Assembly: GCA_976551045.1 (NCBI GenBank)
Contig: CDPCPM010000014.1
Span: 10,664,001 to 10,728,000 of the forward strand
Direction of reading: 5' to 3'
Length of the DNA: 64,000 nucleotides
From: Glaucostegus cemiculus
Lineage: Eukaryota
Positions 51,721-62,225 of this stretch are shown here, piece by piece. Every line of letters starts with the position of its first letter. Positions within the stretch are counted from its first letter, which is position 1. Made by a program: the position numbers and the translations under genes. Under the pieces are notes generated by a model. The model searched no databases and was not told where the DNA came from. It was given only the letters and a program-made list of their open reading frames with translations.

Positions 51721-53029
51721 GAGAAAAGAAAAAAAGGAGAATACCTTTGCTGGAATGGACAGTTGGATTATTGGTAAATATGAGTGGCACATGGAACAGA
51801 GAGTGACAGTAAGAGAAATAATGAAAGGAAGGATGTGTTGAGAGAAGCTGTTAATGATTACAGCAGAATAGCTGAGTGTGAGCAAAGTAGTGAAAAATGT
51901 CATCAAGGAGAAAGATCCATTTGGAGTTGGTTGCCCTATATGGGGTGGCAAATGTGGATATTGTGGGTGCCAGATTTTCGATGAGAAAGTCCTAATTGAA
52001 GTGCAATCCTTATCCCTTACCAAGGCCCTCATAGTAGAATTTTTTGTTGAATGTTCTAGCCAGGTATGAATTGCTGACAGCCCTTGGCATCCTCCTCTTC
52101 CCCACTCTTCTAACCACTGACGAGGCCCTGCAATGCCTCTGCTCATTCTTTCAGTGATGCAGCATTCCAAGAAGAATGTCCTCTGAGATAGTTGTAGCTG
52201 GAACAACCCAATTGTGCAGAAGACTTGTAATGAGGAAAAATCTTTCACCATCTTCCACATCATTCCCTTTAGACTTTTGCAACTTGAAGTGGGTTATAAA
52301 AAGCTCCAAATACGTAGTATTAAAATCCACAACTACAAAATGCCAACTACCTTAATTTCCATTGGTAAGGAATCCTCCCTGGTACCATAAAGCTCCAGTA
52401 ATCTGCTATTCCATTATTTGAAAATCGTTATGGTTCAGCATCAGGCTCACTGGGTGCTGATTCCCATACTCCCTTGCACAGACCAGGGCCCCAGTTCCTG
52501 TTTCTCATGCTACCTTTGACACATCAAGTTCCCAGTTCATACAGTCCCATTAAACAAATCAGATTCACTGGAAAATTTATTATATCATCAAAAAAGTGAA
52601 ATAAAAGTATTAATACTCCAGTATATAAAAGTGATGAAGTATCAACATGTTAGGTTGCATCTGTGGAAATATTTAAAAAATAGTTAATATTTTAAGTTAT
52701 TTACAGGAGGAGTAAATGGACAGCATTCAATAGTCTGGAAAATCTATCGATTTGGCAACTACCACAGACTTGAGCGTGCTGGATTAGCAAAGTTTTACTG
52801 TACTTGCTATGTGTTCAGATGTGTGCGATTAAGATAGGGCGTTAGCTGGAGACTAGACCTCAAAAATGTCACCAGCTCAGTACTACATTCTGAATCTGCC
52901 TATGATGGATTCTTCCTTTCGTGCTAACCACCTCATTTGAAGGAACACCCACAACACAATTACAAATCTGCATTTCATCCTAAAATGTATAAAAGTTACA
53001 AAGTTATACTAAGCCTACTGTATATAAAA

Positions 53030-53490
53030 TATTGGATTGGCCCTATTTGGAATATTGGGCACTATGTTTTGGGTCAGGCATGAAGACATTGGAAAAAATT
53101 ATGAAAGAAGCATACTAGAATGGTCTTGGGGTGGGTAAATGCAGTTGAAAGACAGACTAGAGAAGTTAGATTCAATCTTCTGAGAGGAGGAAGGATAGGA
53201 GAATTAACTTTTAAACAATAGGATATTTTGTTAGTGTCAGTAAAGACGCTATGTTCCTAACCAAATTATTGCCAGAGACCCCAGATTTTAGGACGCTTGG
53301 CAAAAGAATGTGTCCTCCAACAGTCTGCCGGAAACAGATTGATAGTATCCTTTAAAAAGGATTTGTATTTGAAGGTGGAAAATTGCAGGATTCTGTGACT
53401 AGAACAGTTGGGTGGAAATTATTAAAACATTCTTCAAAGAGCTGGCACTGATCCAATGGCCAATTGAATGTATGGTACTGTTGTTTGATT
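53030..53490 (+). mobile_element. Highly decayed CR1 3' fragment
   Basis: ccctatttggaatattg, tactagaatggt and caaagagctggcactgatccaatggcc. Confidence 0.5.
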
Positions 53491-54256
53491 CTGTCATTAG
53501 AAATTGGAAGAAAAGTGAATCCCATAATGAAGTCTTTTAATACGCAGAGTATTGGTGCAGAAATTTCACCCAGAGGTTATATACAGATAGGATCCATGAC
53601 AGAAGACGTGGGGAAATGGCATGGTTGGTGGACAGAATTTTCTTGTCCTGTATTTAATGTCTTTACAACATTTCATTCTTTATGCCTGCTCATCAGTTCT
53701 GAGGGTTCTTTCTGAGAAATGGTTTCATCCTTTAATTTTCTTTGCTCAAATGATGTTTCCTCTTATGCATCAAACAATGTTGGCTGCAGTTGCCAATACT
53801 AAATTAATGGTATAAATAAAATTATATCTGACTTGTATAACACTCCTGTCATATTTTGAACAGGGATATTAATTTTCCTTGTGGGATGGTAGGACAGGTT
53901 ATCACAATTCCAGTCAAGTGTATTCCTTCCATTACAATATGCTGACACTTTAGAGAGATTGGAAACAAAGAATAAGTAAAAGATAAGGTCACAGATAACA
54001 GAAGAACCTTTTTATCTTTATTGCATCTTTGTGTATGGATGTGGACCACACAGTGTATTGCAAAGAGACCAGTTTCACCGCTTTTGTCAAAGACTATTAT
54101 GTTCATAATGTATACTATGCAGACACAGGTGTTACATTTCAGTTGAAATGAAGACAAAAGGACTAGAAATATTAAAACCACAATCATAACAGCAATTATT
54201 TGAATAAATTCAGTTCCAGTTCGGAGCAATACATGAATATTCTGTGGAAATCAATA

Positions 54257-54372
54257 GAAACTGCTGATGCTGGAAATCTGAAATAAACATAGAAAATGTA
54301 GGAAATACTCAGCAGGTTGGGCAGCATCTGCGGAAAGAGAAACAGCCTTGGACATGAAACAATAACCGTTCT
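54257..54372 (-). mobile_element. PLE pLTR end (family A)
   Basis: ctgctgatgctggaaatctgaaataaac...gaaatactcagcaggttgggcagcatctgcggaaagagaaacag. Confidence 0.8.
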
Positions 54373-54626
54373 GTGTGGTTCCTTAGACTTGGCTATCTGC
54401 CTGTAAGCATGGCTCTGTATATATGGTACTGTGCACTGCTTATTGCATGTGAGAGTGTGAAAATTTTTGTTGGTGGTTTCAAAATATTGTCTTTTGTGTG
54501 CCTACCTGCATGTGAAGAAGCTTTTGTTTTCTGTTTGCATTCTGCTCTTAACATTATAGGCACTGGCCCTTGGTGAAATCCCACAGATGAGACCCATTTT
54601 CAATTCTTTGCTCTAAAAGCAAAAAC

Positions 54627-54917
54627 TGTAGTGTAGCAGTTAGCGTAATGCTATTACAGCACCAGTGACCCAGGTTCAATTCCGGCCACTGTCTGTAAGG
54701 AGTTTGTACGTTATCCTCCTGTCTGCATGGGTTTCCTCCAGGTGCTCCGTTTTCCTCCTACATTCCAAAGTCATACGGGTTAGGAAGTTGTGAGCATGCT
54801 TATGTTGGTGCTAGAAGTGTGGTGACACTTGCAGGCTGCCCCCAGAATACTCAACGCAAAAGATGTATTTCACTGTGTTTCGATGTACATATGACTAATA
54901 AAGAAATCTTATCTTAT
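54627..54917 (+). mobile_element. tRNA-derived V-domain SINE, same family as 6486-6788
   Basis: gtagtgtagcagttagcgtaatgctattacagc...gttcaattcc...cattccaaag...gactaataaagaaatcttatcttat. Confidence 0.92.
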
Positions 54918-55873
54918 ATGTCCAAACTATTAAAATGTGCCTCTTATTACTACAAATAGTATCTGCATGCTGTGTCTTTCAAATGCTTCTGTTTTAATGC
55001 CAAATACCACACAATGATAGCCTTTAATGTCTTACTCTTTGATTTTCTTATTTATTGGATAATCAAATGATGTTCACACTCCAGAGGAGAGCTGAGAAAA
55101 GGATTTGTAGTTTCTAGGGACACATCAACTTAGTCACTGCAATCAAGATGAGAAATGTTGGGATTGCACTGCAAAAAAACAATGTTCCATTGCTTCAATA
55201 TTCTGTGCATTTCTTCAGCCTGTTTCCTGGCTCTGTTACCTGGAAGATATTTTATGATCACATCTGATATTGTTCCTGGATTTCCTCAAGATTTATACCT
55301 GAAGAAACTCTAATTGCATGGTTATATCCAATATATGTTACAGAAGTAGCCCATGTCTCCCTTACAGTCCAAGCCAACATTTATGCCCTATTTATCCCCC
55401 GCCCCTACTATTTCCCTTTTCTAAGCACATTATCACGTTTTTCTATTGCTTTGTCCTTCAAGTGCATACCTAGGTTTCCTATAATGCATTAACACTGTTG
55501 GCCTCAAGTATCATTGCAAATTGGGCTGACTGGAGCTAGTTGTGGCTGCCAGTGTTGAAGGGAATTATTGACTCTTAGCCACCTCCATGTAATTAAGTCT
55601 CAGCCTTCCATAAGGGCATATGTGCTGACTGATGCTTTCAGCTTGTCCGTCAGGTTACTCCTTATTTGCTGGCCACCTTATGGAGACCAGTGAAGGAGGC
55701 TGTTAATGTCCAGGAATCCAGCTCTCTGATCCACTGGTGGACAAACAGCATTGGAGCACTGCCCCTCTTCAAATGAATGGGGATTTTTGGCCCTGTATTT
55801 TATTTTGGAAAAGGTAAGGAAGTTAAGTTCAGTTCTATAATTTAACTTAAAGACATTTAAGAACAATTGCAAA

Positions 55874-56701
55874 TGTTACGAAGTAGCTTACTTAGGCAAA
55901 TATCCCTTTAAGATGGGACGTTGTGAGTGTGTGCAACGTATTGCGTCAGCAGAAGATGGGACTAACGTGATGAGGTCATTGCAAGAAAGAAAAAGATAAG
56001 AGAGAGAGAGACAGACAGACAGATGGAAAGAGAGAAGAAGGAGAGACGGCAGCCTGTTTTGTTTCTGTCGTTGGATGAAGGACAGTAACTGTGTTTGTCA
56101 CTAAAATCCGTGGATGGATTTCTGGAGTAGTCCAGTGGAGTTCACTTTGTCGGTAACCTGTAGAAGGACACAGGTGTTTGCGTGAACAACCACATTTTGG
56201 ATGCTCTTCAGAGTGGCAGATACTGTGGAACAAAGTGACGAATTCACTTTGCTGCTAACCTGTAGAAGAACACAGGTATTTGCATGGACAGTCACGATCA
56301 AGGAGTTTTCAGGGTGAGAAAGTCACAACCGAGTAAGCCCTGAAGTGTCGTTTGAGTTCCGAGTGGAACATTCGGATTTCGTGATTCCTCTCTAATCTCT
56401 CTCTATATCTATGTTTTGTCTTCGGTGGACAGTGCTTGTGAAGAAGCCTTTATTTGTGTCATCTTACGGCTTATTGAACTGAACTTTAAGAACTAATTCC
56501 TGGACTTGGAGTTTAGGAACTTGCCGCACACACACAACGAGTAGTTTTGGGGTTATAGTTTAAGATTCTAATATTTTGTTTTGTACTAATATACTAACTT
56601 TTTCTTCTTATTTTACATATTATCGGATGTAGTTATTAATAAAGTAGTTTTAACACTGAAGTATGAATTGGTGTGCTTCTTTTGTTGCTGGTTTCGTAAC
56701 A
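55874..56701 (+). mobile_element. Solo LTR (828 bp), probably Gypsy-type
   Basis: TG...CA ends with a perfect 9-bp TIR tgttacgaa/ttcgtaaca; TSD gcaaa at 55869-55873 and 56702-56706; aataaa about 60 bp from the right end. Confidence 0.93.
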
Positions 56702-57669
56702 GCAAAGCTTTGACAGACTTTGACAGGAAATGAGGCCTGAGGCCTGGGGCCTGAGGCCGACTCACTGCCCAGCTGTCTTTATGCCTCCTGAGTGCAGGTT
56801 CAACCCTCCCCTCTGCAGGTAAGTGCAGGCAGATAGAATCTGACAGTTGGCCCAATTCACATTGATTCACTCATAGTTAGCACTCTTTGGGTACAAGATT
56901 TCTCCTTAATGCCCTATTCCATGTATTAATGGCTCCTTGGTCTAACATTGGTGCCATTTATCAGTGTAATTTGACTGAATTCAGTCAAACCAGCAAAAAA
57001 CATGGAGATTCTACAAACAAGCCACATAAAGCCAGACTCCAATTTCTATGACCTTTAGCAATGCTGTGAAAATTATTGTGATAGATCCTGGACCCACCAC
57101 AACAAAGCTACACCCCAGATCAAAGTAATGTGGAAGATATTTTTCAGCCAATTCAGTTATAGATTCATAGAAATATTACAACACAGAAGGGAGGTATTCA
57201 TTCCAATGTGTCTGTGCCAATTGAAAAAGACTAACCAGCTGAAGTGAGTTCCAGATTTCTATCATTCTCTGGGCAAAAATATGTTTCCTCTAATTGTTCT
57301 ACCAACTATGTACTTTCTGCTGTTTGAATAATAATGCACTAGATTAAATACATCAATGAATAGTTACTAATGCAAAAGAAGTCAAGATGCAAGATAAGGT
57401 GAATGCAGGGGCACAAAAATAGAAGAGCCTGAAGAAGCAACCAAAGTCAAGATTGTTTTGCTGGATTCATGGTATCCAGTTAGGTACCAAATAATTCTAA
57501 CTATTGTATTAGTTGATAGCAGTTTTATGTGGTAAGTTTTATGTGAGCAGTTTGTTTTTCAGATGTTACCCCAGAAAGATGATAATCCAAAGTATCTAAT
57601 GCAATTCATTCAATTATGAAGGCAATTAGACTAAAGCAATAAGTGTTTTAAATTATCTCCTTTTTAAAT

Positions 57670-58730
57670 TCATAAAGAAAGGCAGGAGAAGGCCATGTAA
57701 CCCTCAAGCCAGCTGCACCATTCAATAAAATGATGGCTAATGCTGTTTCTGCCTTGTCCACTTTCCCACATAATCCCTCCAAACCTTGATTCCCTTAATA
57801 TCCAAAATTCTATTGACTTCAGTCTTGAGTATACTCATAAACTGACCATCTGCAGGGCAAGCAGAGAATTCAAAAGGTTCAGTCTCCATAAAAAAAATAT
57901 TTTCATCTCATTCCTATATGGTGTCTCACCCAAAGATTGAGCCCCTGTGTTTGCATTCTCCAGGTTAAGAAAACCTCTTGGTATCTACCCTCTCAATACT
58001 TCATGGAATTTTTTATGTATGAATGAAATTACCTCCCATTCTTCTAAATTCCTCTGGGCATTGGCCAGTCTCAATCTCTCCTCTGAGGGCAGCACTCTCT
58101 TCTCACCTCCATCCCAGGGATCAACCTAATAAATATGTCCCGTTCCAAAGAGGATATCCTCTTTTAGGTACAGAGCTAAAACTGCAGACTGTCTCTCAAT
58201 GAAGTCTTGCCAAAGCCTTTACAATCTCAGGCAAGATTTCCTTCCTTTTCCTCTTGCAATAAAGGCCAACAATTAAGGCCTGCTTAATTCCTCACTGTAT
58301 CTGAATGTTTATGTTCTGTGTCACATGAACCAACACATCAAGATCTTCTGTATGCCATTTACAATTTCCCTCAGTATAATAAAAATTGTGCTTTTTAATC
58401 ATTTATCAAGTTACTGAACCTTATGCTTCCCCACATTATAGTCCATCAGTCACCTTAATACCACTCACTTATTCTCTCCATAACCATTTGCAGACTCTTT
58501 TCAACTTCCTTACAACTCACTTTCAGATTAGGTTTGTATCGCCATGAAACATTACATTATGTCTTTTAATTTAAATTGTTAATATCTATGAATAGCTAAG
58601 GCCCAACATTAATCACTGTGGTGCCCTCCAGTAACAGTCTGGTAACCTGAAAATGACCCAATGCGTCCTACTCTCCATTTTATGTCTTTTAACCAATCCC
58701 CTATTCACTTTGATGTATCACTCCCAACTT
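57670..58730 (-). mobile_element. Decayed CR1 fragment
   Basis: aggagaaggccat...caccattcaataaaatgatggct tail; ttgcaataaaggccaaca; ctgaaaatgaccca. Confidence 0.7.
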
Positions 58731-59944
58731 CAGTGACTACCAGCAAACATTTTAAACAGTAATCAGTTGTCTAACGAACAGTATGATATCAGTCCTAGTG
58801 TGTGTTTCAGCTGCTTTACTAAGCTGATATCTTATGCAACATGTTAGTTTAAAATAGTGTTGCAGTTTAAGGCTTCATCTTGGTTGACTCAACTCTCTTT
58901 GGTGCCTAAAGAATCAGCAGAAATCCCTTTACCCCCACCTCTACTGGTGTGTTACCATTCTCAGCCGACAACATGACTGCTGCTGAAAAGAGGATACCAG
59001 GAACACTTGTGGGATGGCATTCAGTCTGGGACAGATTCATTTGTCCATCTACAGTTTTGCACTCTATTTAAGAATAAAAGTTTGATTCGTAAAGCTTCAG
59101 TCCAGATGGTTGAGCCTAACTGAACCCATTCTAGAGAGAAAACCATGCAAGACTTCATCCTGAAGCATTATAGTGAAATGAAGTTATGACTCATTTTCCG
59201 TTCTGGTTGCTTTAGATTGACTTAAATCAACTAAAAGAACATTTTGTCCAGCACTGGAATAATCTAGCTTCAAATACTGTGCAACTGGTTTGAGCAGCTC
59301 CAGTTGAATGAGGTTGATTCAGTGTGCAACACTGTTACGTTTACAATTTACAATTCTCTCATCTGCTGAATGAACTTGGACTTGTCCAAGTTTGGTTCCA
59401 TCAGCACGTCATCCGCTGTGATTTTTCTTGAGGGGTAAATTTCAGTTGTAAACCAGCAGGTTTTTAAACATGGATATAATTCTAATAACATTCTAATCCA
59501 TTGCCTGCCTGGAGACTGCAAATATTGTGAGGGTGCCCATCCCAAAGGAAACCCAGAATCATTGTTGTCACACAGTGGGCAGGATGCCTAAAGGAACCTA
59601 TAAACCCATATATCCGTTCTGCAACAGATTAATTACAACTTTACCTTTGTTTAAATTAGGAACTAGCCCCTGAATGTAGCTGTAGAAATACTCCAGCTGT
59701 ACTCCATTTGTTTGAAGTGGATTCTTCTATCATTGCATCATTTAAGAAATGTTGGGCACCCTCGCAATATTTGCAGCCTGCAGGCAAGGAGAGGATTACA
59801 CTGGCTGGTTATTATTATAAAGAAATTTTAGTCACCTCTGCCCACTCAGGTTCTCCTGACACTGCTGCCACCAGAGACGTGGTCTCTTGGAATTCTCCAC
59901 CCTTTCCCTTCAGCCCACCTCCCTACTCCATGCTGTACATATAC

Positions 59945-60310
59945 ATAGAAACTGATAAATAGGATCAGGGGTAGACTATAGTTTGGCTTCAAATACTGTG
60001 CAACTGGTTTGAGCAGCTCCAATTAAATGAGGTTGATGACAAGGCTGTTAGGTTTACAATTTACAATTCTCTCCGCTTTGACCATGCTCCATTATTCAAG
60101 CTGATTGTGGCACATCCTCTGCCTCAGTCCTAGATCCCTACCTCTCCTCATGCCTTTGTGTGCCAAGAAATCTGTCTGCTTCCTTCTTAAATAGATTCAG
60201 TGATTTGGCCTCCACAGCCCCCTGTGGCAGACAATTACACAGATTTACCTCCCTTGAGTGAATACATCTCTCCTCATCTCATTCTGAGACTGTGACCCCT
60301 TGCACTAGAA
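59945..60310 (-). mobile_element. CR1 3' end carrying an inserted local duplicate
   Basis: aaataggatcaggggtagactat...tggcctccacagcc...ttacacagattta...ctcctcatctc. Confidence 0.65.
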
Positions 60311-60863
60311 CAGCCACCTCCCGTCCGCTCCGCGCATCTACTTTGTATTGACTTCAGAACAAACAGTCGGTCGTTGTTAATAGCCACTTCAACTATTACT
60401 CGGGACCAATATCGATCAGTATCGAGGACTCCACTAGTGTTTTGCAAAAGGGTGTGGCTCGAATACCCATTGGTTAGATATGGTCCGTCTTTTTTGTGTG
60501 CAGGCCTGCGGTGTATCTGGAAAGCAGTCTGGCTGTATTATCGGTTCTGTGCTTTCTATGTATGTGAACTCTCCAGCAATAGATGAGATCTGCGAGTCCT
60601 GCTGGTTATGCCCTTGAGAGTGAAGAAACGCTCAGTGCACTTATCGTTTCCAAGCTATGTCTCAGCTCTTAACAACTGTCTCCCTTGTGAACAAAGTAGC
60701 TGCCATGCAGCAGTGTATTCCAAAGCACTTCACATGTGGCAGAATATGGCACTTAGACTCATGCACAATAACGGAAAGAAATGCCCGCAAGCTTGGTCAA
60801 AAACGATTTTGAGGAGCATCTCTAAAATGGGGGAAAGTAGTGTGTGTCTGTTTCTCTCTTTCC

Positions 60864-60866
<3 letters not shown>

Positions 60867-60915
<49 letters not shown>
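60867..60915. repeat. (TG)24 microsatellite
   Basis: Perfect dinucleotide run. Confidence 0.98.
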
Positions 60916-60918
<3 letters not shown>

Positions 60919-62104
60919 GAGGGGGAGACGAGGGGGTTGGTACCCAAGGACAGATCCATCGATGCGTCCATGATAGCCAGTGGGGATAATCGTGAGGTCA
61001 ACACTGGAAGCATGCAGGGATCTCAAATACTGGAGGTTTTGAAAATAGGGAGGATATGCGGTCGGGAAAGGCTATGGAAGAATCTGGGCAAAGGATGAGA
61101 AGGTTAAAGCTGATGCGGCAAGGAAATTGAAATAGCTTATGCCGCGTAACTTATTCGGCAAAGCTGATAGACTATTAGGACCCTGCTCCATTATTCAAGG
61201 TGATGGTGGCAGATCCTCTGTCTCAGTGTTATATCCCTGTCTCAGCGCAGGCACTGGGAATTATACATTCCAATGGGGGCGAAAATGACTTTTCCCAGAA
61301 TGTCGAATGCTCCTTTCCCTGCGGCGTAGCTGCGGTGGCGGCAGGAGGCGGGAGGTTGGGAGAGGAAAGTGATTCCAAATACAGCTGATCATGGGGAAAT
61401 TCAGTGAACCTTTACGACGTAGAAAGTACATATGCAAAATAGTGCAATGGGTTGATACTCCAACAGGCTGTGCCACTGAGCGATAGGAAGAGAGATACGT
61501 GAACACTTAACTCACTGTGAATCTTTGTACTGTGTATTTTACACGAGGAAAGTGGTGAACATACTTCAGGAAGGAGGGTGGATGAATGGATAGAAATAAG
61601 GATAGACAACATGTTCCTTAGTGTATACAGACACTTAAAAACAATGGTTTAAGTAAATGTTTTAAAAGGTTAAGGTTGGAAGGTTTAATTTTAAAATAAT
61701 TCGCAGTTTTTCCGAAGTAATTTGATCAATTCGATACAAAATAACTGCTTCACTTTCGTTTACTGTTTGCTAAAGGTTGCTGGATTGTGCTTTTTTCCTT
61801 TGTTCTTTCAATAAACATGTGCAATGTATCTTCCCGCCACAATCACACGCATTTATGCTTACATTGTGAATAATTTCAGTACAAGAGCAACGTTACTCAC
61901 AGCTGCGCCTACGTCCACATTACGTTGAAACGAATGTGAAACAGGAATAGCAAAATAACAGTTGATTTTTTTTTTCGGAGGTGGTGACTGTAAATTGTGC
62001 GGTGAAAGAAAAGCACATTTGGCAATGTGCTTAAAGCTAAGCCATTGTCAAAGGAAACGAATGTGAAATCAGCCCGGCTCTGCTTTTGCCTCCCATATTA
62101 GGCT

Positions 62105-62225
62105 TCCCCTTTTCCTATCTTCAGTCCTGAAGAAGAGTCCTAACACGAAACATTAACCTCCTGCTTTTCTCCACGGATGCTGCCTGGTCTGCTGAGTTCC
62201 TCCAGCATCATCGTATTTTTCACCT
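62105..62225 (+). mobile_element. PLE pLTR end
   Basis: ttcagtcctgaagaagagtcc...ctccacggatgctgcctggtctgctgagttcctccagcatc. Confidence 0.8.
62122..62157 (+). ncRNA. Minimal hammerhead motif; both core segments retained, stems weakened
   Basis: cagtc-CTGAAGA-agagtcctaacac-GAAAC-att-aac. Confidence 0.55.

Noticed and set aside
51688-52263. 191-aa ORF, or plus-strand ORF 51878-52069 ending at cag|gtatga, as an exon
   Set aside because: No recognisable domain, no convincing acceptor and no partner exons.
60608-61098. His/Thr- and Cys/Val-repeat proteins
   Set aside because: They are translations of the (TG)24 microsatellite.
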